NCBI RefSeq assembly: GCF_000020225.1
Contig: NC_010655.1
Location: 1,320,001 to 1,352,000, forward strand
DNA from: Akkermansia muciniphila ATCC BAA-835
GTDB taxonomy: Bacteria > Verrucomicrobiota > Verrucomicrobiia > Verrucomicrobiales > Akkermansiaceae
Length of the DNA stretch: 32,000 nt
Reading direction: 5' to 3'
Below, one piece after another: positions 8,818 to 16,708 of the stretch. Position 1 is the first letter of the stretch; the number at the start of each line of letters is the position of its first letter. A model generated the notes under the pieces. That model did no database searches. It worked only from the letters and a program-made list of their open reading frames with translations, and was not told the origin of the DNA. The position numbers and the translations under genes are program-made.

Positions 8818-11800
8818 TTAGAATGAGTAACTGACGGAGCCGTTGATTCCCTGGGCCGTCAGTCCGGCCCTGCTTTCCAGAGAGTATCCGATGCGGGCCC
8901 CCCACCTGTTGCCGAAGGCGGCGCTTATCCCTGCGTTGACGCGCAGAGCGGTGCGGCCTACGTTGACGCCGCGCGCCGTCCAGGCGCCCAGGTCACTGCT
9001 GACAGTCCCTTTGGGATTGAGGCGGCTGAGATCCTGAGTCACGGCAACTGTCACGCTGGGCGTCAGCGTGGCATTGGTTCCTGCCGCGTAGGTGCGGGAG
9101 AGGGTGATGCCTACGGGCAGCGTCCAGTTCTGGGCGCGCGCTCCGCTGAAGGTCCGGGCCAAGTCTCCGTGTTCGGAGAAGCTGTCCGTTTTCCCGGTCA
9201 TGAATTCCAGCCCGGCAAATGGTGCGATGACCAGTTTGTTGCGGAATTGTTCCGTCCAGGTGGCGTAGATGGCGGCTCCGAAAGAGTCAGAGTCAAATTT
9301 CCCGGCAGCGGAGGTGTCCGCCAGGCGGGCTTTCCCGTCAAAGGATGTGGTTCCGAAGGCTGCATACCCGTCCAGAGACAATTTGGAGGTTCCGGCGGGC
9401 GTGTAGCGGCCGTAGAGCATGGCCATGAAAGAATCCGCATCATAGCTGGACAGTCCTCCCTTGTCCTGGAAAGTTCCGTAAGATTGGCCGATGGCCACTC
9501 CTGCCAGGACGGAGGAGGAGAGCTTGCAATCCGCGCCTACGGCATAGCCGCCTGCGTCGTATTTGTAGCCGTCAATGCCGCTGCGCGAATGTTGGTCCGT
9601 CCAGGAACCCAGGCCGCCCACCCATACGGAGCCGCGGCCTGAAGCCACCGGCGCCATGGCGATGGGGGAACCCTTGGCGTCTGCAGACTGGACGGGCTTC
9701 GCTGCCGTAATATTCAGTCCCTGTGCGGCGGAAATGCCTCCCTGCGTCCTGCCCAGGGCGGCAAAACCCTTGAGAGCATCGTTGGAAGCCCAGGCCGCAT
9801 TGATCACGGTTTCCCCGCTGACGGATTGAATCATGGCTGCCGCCGCGTCTGCGCTGGAGGTTCCCAGAAGGGTTTCGAAGAACCTGTGTGCGGCTGAACC
9901 GTCCCGGACGCCCGTCCGGACCTGTTCCATGCCGGCTGCTGCGCCGGATATGTTCCCGGAATATCCCTGCATGGGGGCGGCGACTCCGTGCATATTTTGT
10001 GTCAGGCGGATAGTTCCGTTTTCATGGGGCGTTGCGCTTGTGGAGACGAAAGCGGTGTTGAACAGAGGCAGTTCGCTTACTTCGGCTCCGGTGATGGTGA
10101 CGTTGTCCACGGAAGAAGTTCCGGCGGCGGTGTGTGTGAGGTCGCGGCCGTTGCCCGCTTCATCGATATTCCAGAGTTTGATGGAGGAGTGGCCGTTGAA
10201 CGCGATGTCATTGAGGAGCAGGGAGGAACCTTCCCCCATTTCAATCACGGCGTTTCCGTTAATTTCCAACGTGTCTCCAGCCAGTACGGAATCTTCCGTC
10301 AGAATGACGCCTGCGCCATTCATTTCGTAGTCCGTCAGGTCTTCAACTCCCAATTGAGCTCCTTCCATGACCATGATGTCATCCACTTCGGCCAGGTGGC
10401 CCACGATCAGGGAGCCGGCTCCGGATTGCTGGATCAATGTTCCGCCGAATCCGTTATCCTCCGTGTCCGAGCCTCCGTAAAGCAGGTCGCCGCCGCCTGC
10501 CTGAATCAGCGTGGCGGCGCCACGCGTCCACGGACCGTCGTCAAGGGAGTAATAGTCTGCGTCGGAAATGCCGCTGTTGATGATGGTGATATCGTTCGCG
10601 TCCGTGTCCGCCAGAATGACGGAGCCGTCTTCCGCAAAGATGTCGTTAGCTTCTTCCCCGGCCGTGTTGCCGTCAAAGAAGGCTCCGGAGCCAATCAGAA
10701 GAATGCGGTTCTCCATCAGGTGGATGGCGCCTCCCAGCCCGGAGGCGGCATTATCCGTGAAGGTGACGTCCCTGCCGAGCCAGATATTGGCCCCTTCATT
10801 TTCAAAGAGGTCCTCCACATTGTCGCCATCCTGCTGCGCGAGGTTGCTCGTCAGTTCGGAAGCGATGGCCCCGCCATTGGCTCCAGCCGTGTTGCCGGAG
10901 AAGACAGTTCCGTTTCCTACCGTGATATCCAGCACTTCCGTGGTCAGTTTGGAGGTGCGTTCCCCGTCCGTATAGGTTATGGATTCGGCAATATTGTTCT
11001 GGGCGAAGACGGCTCCGCCGGATCCCGCTGCCGTATTGCTGATGAAGCTGTTGTTTTCTCCAATAACGATGTCTCCATGTGCATAGAGGGCGCCTCCCCT
11101 GGAGATATCCATGGCAGCGGACCTGCCCGGGGCCTTGCTGTTCATGAATGTATTGCCGCGGCCCGTGGTGATTTTGTTTTCGCGTTCCGTGACGGTAACT
11201 GTTCCGTTGAGAATATTCCCGTTTTCATCCGTATCAATGATGCTGGCGCGGATAAGGCTGTTGTCCGCATCGCTGAAGGCGCTCATGTGGTAAACGGGAG
11301 CATCTTCCGTTCCCTGATAAGTTACATTGTCCCCCAGCGTGATGGTATTTTCCGCAGCTACGGTGGTCATGGTCAGCGTAACATTGTCTCCAATGACTAC
11401 GTTCCCGCCATAAGTCCCTTCCGCATATTCTCCGGAGGCCAGCACATAGTCTCCTTCCGCGTTTTGCTTGATCGTCCCTTCAAAGGAGACGGTTCCACGG
11501 GTGGAAGCGCCGTCGTCTCCAATGGAGCCAACTGTGTCCCCTGCCCAGATATCGGCCATCTGGCTGCCGGAAAGATCGTTGTCGCCTGTAATTTCAGTAT
11601 TGCTTCCGATATAGATATTCCCTCCTTCCGCGTAAATATCAACATCGTCCAGCGTAGAGTTTGCTCCAATGGAGACGGTGGCCTGGTCTCCCGCTCCGGT
11701 GGTCATGCGCACGGTGCGGATTCCGTCTTCTCCTTCGGTTATGGACAGGGAATCCAGTTCCACGGATACGGCATCCAGTGTGACGGATGTCAGTTTTGCC

Positions 11801-12894
11801 CCTTCGCCGATGAAGATGGAACCTTGCGCATCCATGTCATAGTTTTCAATGGAACTGCCGTTGCCGACGGTGATGTCTCCGAACAGCCCCATGGTTTCCT
11901 CCATGCTGGTTCCGGGAAGGTAGGTTCCGTCTTCATCTTGTCTGGCAATGCCCTGGGAAAGGACAAGGGCTTCTGTCGTGATTTCCGCCCTCTCCTTGGC
12001 TGTCAGCGTACTGTTATCTCCCAGCAGTATTTCACCCCCAGTGGATTGGCTGTCGCCGCCCACGGTGCTCAGGTTCGTATCCTGCATCGTCACGGCTCCC
12101 GCGCTGAAGTCGATCCCTCCGTGAGCGCCGACGGTTTCCGACTGACCGATCAGGACGCCGGAATCTTCATTTTCATAAACGGATGTCGTATTGACGGCGC
12201 CTGTAGAGATGAGCGTGGAATCAGATAAGGAAATATCTCCATGGGAGACAATTTGGCCGCGGACTCCATCATTCATGGATAAATCCATTTCATGGATACG
12301 GACGTTTTTTCCCAGATCCATGGCAATTTCTCCCGGTGTAGAGGTGACTACCGTGGAGATGAAGGCTCCTGTTTCGGGATCAATTCTGGTTTCTATGGAG
12401 GCGGAATGCCCGGTAGTGACCTCATTCCGGCTGAGAACGGCTCCGTCTCCGGCCACCAGCTTGTTGTTTTCCAGCACAAGCCAGGTTCCTTCCAGCGTGG
12501 AAGCGTTTTCTATGGAAAGGGTGTTTCCTTCTTCGTCCCATCCGCTGAGCATGCCTTCCGTCATGTTGCCCACGTGAACGGTTCCACGGCCGCTCACGTT
12601 AAGATGCTGCATGTTCACGGCAGACATGTCCTTGTAGTTGAAGTTGGAGATGCTTCCTTTCCCGTCTGATTTGAGGACAATGGAGGCGTCTGCGGGCAGG
12701 GAGCCCAATTCTACTCCTTCAAAGTCGATGGAGCCGGTAATGGTCAACGTGTCTCCATCAGCCATCTGGTTCCAGGCTGTTTGAAATTCTTCCAGGGTGG
12801 AAGCTGTATATTCGGCGGCGAAGGTTTGGCTTCCAAGGACGCACATGGCTGCCAGAAGGGCCCGGCGCAACGGGAGGGGTAAACGAAGGTTCAT
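8818..12894 (-). CDS. Autotransporter outer-membrane protein with a Pmp-type (GGA[ILV]/FxxN) passenger domain, 1358 aa
   Basis: Signal peptide MNLRLPLPLRRALLAAMCVLGSQTFAAE. Gly/Asp/Thr/Asn-rich beta-helix-like passenger. GGALYA, GGAVFA, GGAIAS, GGAIHL plus FMNS, FISN, FSGN, FTDN, FDGN fall at about aa 578-755. The C-terminal ~280 aa has alternating barrel strands and ends ...SVSYSF. Confidence 0.9.
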   Translation of the reverse strand: MNLRLPLPLRRALLAAMCVLGSQTFAAEYTASTLEEFQTAWNQMADGDTLTITGSIDFEGVELGSLPADASIVLKSDGKGSISNFNYKDMSAVNMQHLNVSGRGTVHVGNMTEGMLSGWDEEGNTLSIENASTLEGTWLVLENNKLVAGDGAVLSRNEVTTGHSASIETRIDPETGAFISTVVTSTPGEIAMDLGKNVRIHEMDLSMNDGVRGQIVSHGDISLSDSTLISTGAVNTTSVYENEDSGVLIGQSETVGAHGGIDFSAGAVTMQDTNLSTVGGDSQSTGGEILLGDNSTLTAKERAEITTEALVLSQGIARQDEDGTYLPGTSMEETMGLFGDITVGNGSSIENYDMDAQGSIFIGEGAKLTSVTLDAVSVELDSLSITEGEDGIRTVRMTTGAGDQATVSIGANSTLDDVDIYAEGGNIYIGSNTEITGDNDLSGSQMADIWAGDTVGSIGDDGASTRGTVSFEGTIKQNAEGDYVLASGEYAEGTYGGNVVIGDNVTLTMTTVAAENTITLGDNVTYQGTEDAPVYHMSAFSDADNSLIRASIIDTDENGNILNGTVTVTERENKITTGRGNTFMNSKAPGRSAAMDISRGGALYAHGDIVIGENNSFISNTAAGSGGAVFAQNNIAESITYTDGERTSKLTTEVLDITVGNGTVFSGNTAGANGGAIASELTSNLAQQDGDNVEDLFENEGANIWLGRDVTFTDNAASGLGGAIHLMENRILLIGSGAFFDGNTAGEEANDIFAEDGSVILADTDANDITIINSGISDADYYSLDDGPWTRGAATLIQAGGGDLLYGGSDTEDNGFGGTLIQQSGAGSLIVGHLAEVDDIMVMEGAQLGVEDLTDYEMNGAGVILTEDSVLAGDTLEINGNAVIEMGEGSSLLLNDIAFNGHSSIKLWNIDEAGNGRDLTHTAAGTSSVDNVTITGAEVSELPLFNTAFVSTSATPHENGTIRLTQNMHGVAAPMQGYSGNISGAAAGMEQVRTGVRDGSAAHRFFETLLGTSSADAAAAMIQSVSGETVINAAWASNDALKGFAALGRTQGGISAAQGLNITAAKPVQSADAKGSPIAMAPVASGRGSVWVGGLGSWTDQHSRSGIDGYKYDAGGYAVGADCKLSSSVLAGVAIGQSYGTFQDKGGLSSYDADSFMAMLYGRYTPAGTSKLSLDGYAAFGTTSFDGKARLADTSAAGKFDSDSFGAAIYATWTEQFRNKLVIAPFAGLEFMTGKTDSFSEHGDLARTFSGARAQNWTLPVGITLSRTYAAGTNATLTPSVTVAVTQDLSRLNPKGTVSSDLGAWTARGVNVGRTALRVNAGISAAFGNRWGARIGYSLESRAGLTAQGINGSVSYSF

Positions 12895-12917
12895 GGTTTG
12901 TTATATTCAGATTAATT

Positions 12918-12950
12918 CAGGGAAAAGTGGAGATGAATGACTTTTCCCTG
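12918..12950 (-). promoter_or_regulatory. Perfect 11-bp hairpin in the autotransporter leader
   Basis: CAGGGAAAAGT (12918-12928) pairs with ACTTTTCCCTG (12940-12950), with an 11-nt loop. It lies between the ATG (12894) and the left inverted repeat. Confidence 0.4.
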
Positions 12951-12960
12951 CTGTTTATGT

Positions 12961-12979
12961 ACAGGATTGTTAATCCTGT
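12961..12979. repeat. Inverted repeat, left copy (IRL)
   Basis: ACAGGATTGTTAATCCTGT. It is the exact reverse complement of 13149-13167 and is internally palindromic except for the central GTT. Confidence 0.9.
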
Positions 12980-13148
12980 GTTTCTGAATATATCCCATTC
13001 GTTTTTTCCGCTTTGGGCACATAAATGCTCATGGTGCCTCGGAAGATTGAATCAACGGTTTATCTAACAAATAGAATTGTGGTTGTACATAAAGAATTGT
13101 CCGTAAAAAGAGATTAATGGATAAAAATATTGTAATTTTTTCTTGATA

Positions 13149-13167
13149 ACAGGATTAACAATCCTGT
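13149..13167. repeat. Inverted repeat, right copy (IRR)
   Basis: ACAGGATTAACAATCCTGT. It is the exact reverse complement of IRL, and identity stops at the 19-mer edges. Confidence 0.9.
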
Positions 13168-13194
13168 GATGTATCAGGTATTAATATAAAAAAC

Positions 13195-14292
13195 ATGATA
13201 TTCGGAATGGCGAGACATGGAAAAAACCAGAAGGAATATCTGGCTGCGGAAATGTTATTGAAAGGTAGCGGATTGAATATGCTGGATGCTGCCAGCCTCG
13301 CAGTAGAGCTGCTGAGCCTGTGCGGAGGCAGCCGCAGCATGCGCCGGGCCAGAAAGGCAATTTTTCTGGGTGCTGAGGAATTGAGGAAAGGGGAAAGGAC
13401 GGTTTCCTTTTCCGCCGCCGTGGAAGAAATGCTGAAGGCGAAGCGTAATCTTCGCCCTACGACGTTGCGCGATATCAGGTATTTCACCGGAGCTTTGATG
13501 CGGAGGTGTCCGGAATTGAAAGGTTTTCCGGTCCGGAAGCTGACGCCGGAGCATTGCGCCCATTTTCTGGAGGCTGCTTTTACATCCCACAGGCAGCGTT
13601 ACAAGGGCCGGGCGGTGATGAGCGGCGTTTTGTCCTTTTCCCTGCGGCGCGGATGGTGCGGGGAAAATCCTGTCGCCCGTGTGGACTCTCCTTCGTTTCG
13701 TGAACGGACGATTGCCATTTTGGCTCCGGAAGAGATAGGAAGCCTTCGGACGGTGGTGGAAGCTCCGGAATTTCGTGACTGCGCTCCGGCTGTTTGGGTA
13801 ATGTTGTACGCCGGAATCAGGCCGGGGGAGGTGGTGCGCCTCCATTGGCGTGATGTGGATTTGGAGGAGAGGGTCATTTCCGTAAGGTCCCGAACCAGTA
13901 AAACGGGGGGAATCAGGCATGTCACCATTCATGCTGTGCTCTGGCGGCTTCTGGCGGGATACGGAGCAGGGGGGCCGGCCGGACTGTTATGTCCTCCCAA
14001 TTGGCCGGTGCGCTGGAGGCTGCTCCGGAAAAAAGCCGGATGGGGGCTGCACAACCGCTTTGGAGAATGGAGTGCGGACGCGCTGAGGCATACTTATGCT
14101 TCCTATCACGCCAAATGGTTCAGGGATTTTTCCCTGCTTCAGCTGGAGATGGGGCATCGTTCCTCCTCCCTGTTGCGGGAGCGGTACCTGAACATGGAAG
14201 GGGTGAGCCGCGACAGGGCACGCCTTTTCTGGGAAGCGCCGGAACATGGCTGGAACAACAAAACCGGCATTGCAGGAACGGACTTTCTATGA
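13195..14292 (+). CDS. Tyrosine-type site-specific recombinase/integrase
   Basis: N-terminal SAM-like core-binding region. Catalytic-domain motifs AGIRPGEVVRLHWRDVDL (Arg I), ALRHTYAS (box II Arg), LEMGHRSSSLLRERYL (His and Tyr nucleophile). Confidence 0.9.
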   Translation: MIFGMARHGKNQKEYLAAEMLLKGSGLNMLDAASLAVELLSLCGGSRSMRRARKAIFLGAEELRKGERTVSFSAAVEEMLKAKRNLRPTTLRDIRYFTGALMRRCPELKGFPVRKLTPEHCAHFLEAAFTSHRQRYKGRAVMSGVLSFSLRRGWCGENPVARVDSPSFRERTIAILAPEEIGSLRTVVEAPEFRDCAPAVWVMLYAGIRPGEVVRLHWRDVDLEERVISVRSRTSKTGGIRHVTIHAVLWRLLAGYGAGGPAGLLCPPNWPVRWRLLRKKAGWGLHNRFGEWSADALRHTYASYHAKWFRDFSLLQLEMGHRSSSLLRERYLNMEGVSRDRARLFWEAPEHGWNNKTGIAGTDFL

Positions 14293-14350
14293 AGGGACGG
14301 CTGTTTGACTGCCGCAGCCGGAAAAGGGCGGCATGAGGGAGTCCCCATGG

Positions 14351-15268
14351 TTATGCCCTGGGCAGGAAGTAGCCGCGCTGTTTTTCTGAGATGGGCATGT
14401 CCAGGCGTTCCATAACGGCCAGCATGTCTTCCCATACCTTGCGTTTTTCCCGCGGGCTGTCCGATCTGAGCAGATAACTGGGATGGTAAGTGACGCGTAC
14501 GGGAATGCCGTTAAGGTCGTGGAACCTGCCGCGCATGGAACTGACGGATCCCTGTTCCCCCAATAGGCCTACGGCGGCGGTACCGCCCAAGGCTACAATC
14601 ATTTTCGGCTGGATGACCCGGATTTCATGCATGATGATGGGCAGGCATGCTTCAATTTCTTCCGGCGTGGGTGCACGGTTATTGGTCCGCTGGTTGGGGA
14701 GGGCCGGGCGGAATTTGACGATATTGGAAATATAGACCATGTCTCTGGAGAGCCCCATGGCCCTTAATATCTGGTTGAGTTTTTCCCCGGCACGGCCCAC
14801 AAAGGGCTCCTGCTGCACTTCTTCATAATATCCGGGAGCTTCCCCGATGAGCATGAGTTTCGTATGGGGATTGCCCGTGGCAAAGACCATGGTGTCCCGC
14901 AGGGAGTTGAGTTCCCGCGCCGGTTTCCAGTTCTGCGCCAGATTACGGAGGTATTGCAGCTTGTCTTCCATTGTCCCTTCCGGGAGGGTAATGGCAGAGG
15001 CCGGTTCCCTGTTTTGCGGAAACAGCTCCGGCGGTTCCGGCTTTCCGGCAGGAGCGGAGGCAGGAGCGGAGGCAGGAGCGGCTGCCTGCAGGGGCGGCGG
15101 TTCCGGAGAAGCGGGTGCTGATGCGGCGGGACGGCCTCCCTGCCTGGAAGCCACGTACCATGTTCTGAGAACGTTTCTGGCTTCATCCGTCAGGCTCGTT
15201 CGCGTTGTTCCCTGCTGGATCAGGGAATCAAGATAATGGCGGAAAAGGCTGTTCGGTGTAGCGCTCAT
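14351..15268 (-). CDS. Uracil-DNA glycosylase family 4 with an N-terminal extension and Pro/Ala-rich linker
   Basis: MLIGEAPGYYEE...PFVGRAGEKLN (GEAPG motif) and HPSYLLR motif B. An extra ~120 aa at the N-terminus includes PASAPASPEPPPLQAAAPASAPASAPAGKPEPPE. Confidence 0.85.
   Translation of the reverse strand: MSATPNSLFRHYLDSLIQQGTTRTSLTDEARNVLRTWYVASRQGGRPAASAPASPEPPPLQAAAPASAPASAPAGKPEPPELFPQNREPASAITLPEGTMEDKLQYLRNLAQNWKPARELNSLRDTMVFATGNPHTKLMLIGEAPGYYEEVQQEPFVGRAGEKLNQILRAMGLSRDMVYISNIVKFRPALPNQRTNNRAPTPEEIEACLPIIMHEIRVIQPKMIVALGGTAAVGLLGEQGSVSSMRGRFHDLNGIPVRVTYHPSYLLRSDSPREKRKVWEDMLAVMERLDMPISEKQRGYFLPRA
15049..15084. repeat. 12-bp tandem repeat (about 3 units) inside the UDG linker
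   Basis: CAGGAGCGGAGG occurs twice, followed by CAGGAGCGGCTG. On the minus strand this encodes the (PASA)n stretch. Confidence 0.7.
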
Positions 15269-15468
15269 GGGAGGATAAAGCCAGATTAGTCCATAAGAGG
15301 CCGTCTGTCACGACGATTCGCAGGCTCCCCGGCCTTCATGGAACGCTCCTCTCCGGGAAATGACACGGTAAAAGATGGTATCTTTTGCAAGGGAGGTAGC
15401 AAATTGGGGTTTTCCGGTTCAGGAATGGAAATGCAGCCGGCTCTCTCAAAATTTTACTTAGTTTACGT

Positions 15469-16605
15469 ATGTCTTTTTCTGAAGAATTAAACGGTTTGAT
15501 GGATTGCCCCACTCCCCTGGTACGCCGTTTCATGGCGTTGCTGGAACCGGTTGACGACGCCCGCCTGGAGGAGATGGCGCAGGAGAGCCGGCGTCTGACG
15601 CGGCTGCATTTCGGCCGGACCATCCGCCTGTTCGCCCCCATTTACCTGTCCAACGAATGCATCAATAATTGCAAGTACTGCGGTTTTTCCCGGGATAATC
15701 CCATTATCCGCACCACGCTTACGGTGGATGAAGTGGTGCAGGAGGCCCGCTACCTGCACGGCCTGGGGCTGCGCAGCATCCTGCTGGTGGCCGGGGAGCA
15801 TCCCAAGTTCGTTTCCGACGGGTATATGCAGGAATGCCTGGACGCCCTGCATTCCTTTATTCCATCCCTGGGGCTGGAGATAGGACCGTTGCCGGACGAC
15901 CGTTATGCGGAGATCGTCCGCCACGGGGCGGAACAATTGGCCGTGTATCAGGAAACCTATAACCGGGAAGTGTATGAAACCCTGCATACGGCAGGGATGA
16001 AGAAAAATTTCAACTGGAGGCTGGACTGCCCGGAACGCGCCTACCAGGGCGGTTTCCGCCGCATTCAGATAGGAGCCTTGTTCGGGCTTTCTCCGTGGCG
16101 GCGGGAGGCCATGGCACTTGCCGTCCATCTGGATTACCTGCAGAAGCATTGCTGGAAATCCGCGCTTTCCGTGGCGTTTCCGCGCATGCGTCCCTACGCC
16201 GGGAATTACGAGTATGAACCTGATCCGGACTTGATGCTGGATGACCGCCATTTTGTCCAGCTTATGGCCGCCCTGCGCATCTGTTTCCCCAAGATAGGCA
16301 TGTCCATCAGCACCCGTGAGCCCGCGCCGATGAGGAATGCCCTGATGCATTTGGGCATGACCCACATGTCCGCCATTGCGCGCACGGAACCGGGGGGCTA
16401 CACGGGCGTGGGAACGGCTGCCGCCCATTTGACGGTGCGGGGCAACCGGGTGGATCTTCCCGATGGCCGGAAAGGGAATTGCAAGGCGACGGAGCAGTTT
16501 GAGATTTCCGACCAGCGCACACCGGAGCAGGTGGTCGGAGCCATACGGAATGCCGGGCTGGAGCCTGTCTGGAAAGACTGGGATGCCGCTCTGGATGTGG
16601 TGTAG
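15469..16605 (+). CDS. thiH: 2-iminoacetate synthase (radical SAM tyrosine lyase, thiazole biosynthesis)
   Basis: 378 aa with YLSNECINNCKYCGF (CxxxCxxC). Length and N-terminal layout resemble E. coli ThiH. A related HydG/BioB-like enzyme cannot be fully excluded. Confidence 0.75.
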   Translation: MSFSEELNGLMDCPTPLVRRFMALLEPVDDARLEEMAQESRRLTRLHFGRTIRLFAPIYLSNECINNCKYCGFSRDNPIIRTTLTVDEVVQEARYLHGLGLRSILLVAGEHPKFVSDGYMQECLDALHSFIPSLGLEIGPLPDDRYAEIVRHGAEQLAVYQETYNREVYETLHTAGMKKNFNWRLDCPERAYQGGFRRIQIGALFGLSPWRREAMALAVHLDYLQKHCWKSALSVAFPRMRPYAGNYEYEPDPDLMLDDRHFVQLMAALRICFPKIGMSISTREPAPMRNALMHLGMTHMSAIARTEPGGYTGVGTAAAHLTVRGNRVDLPDGRKGNCKATEQFEISDQRTPEQVVGAIRNAGLEPVWKDWDAALDVV

Positions 16606-16708
16606 GAGAACCTTCTCCCGTCTCATTTCCTTGGAATGACATCCATATCACCGTGATGTTGTGATGGAGCATTGACGGCATGCTCCGGCTGTCATATTTC
16701 CGGTAGCG

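Larger units (their letters stand above)
12961..13167. promoter_or_regulatory. Candidate invertible DNA switch (IRL, 169-bp AT-rich segment, IRR)
   Basis: The perfect 19-bp IR pair brackets an AT-rich non-coding segment. It sits between the autotransporter start (66 nt from IRL) and the tyrosine recombinase start (27 nt from IRR). Inversion itself is not observable in a single sequence. Confidence 0.5.

Noticed and set aside
9988-12228. 746-aa ORF on the plus strand, antisense to the autotransporter gene
   Set aside because: This is a shadow ORF. The minus-strand frame has a signal peptide, Pmp motifs and a beta-barrel, while this product is Gly/Arg/Val/His-rich low complexity with no motif. 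Stop-poor antisense frames are expected opposite GC-rich, Gly/Asp/Thr-biased genes.
13666-13673. Extra copies of the half-site AATCCTGT (here and around 25359-25366)
   Set aside because: These are single 8-mers without the partner arm. About one such occurrence is expected by chance in this window. I do not treat them as additional recombination sites, and a full computational scan is needed.
13195-14292. Integrase as the marker of a prophage or integrative element
   Set aside because: I saw no phage, conjugation or transposition genes, no tRNA, and no att-like direct repeats in the flanks. A role as a local site-specific invertase fits better.
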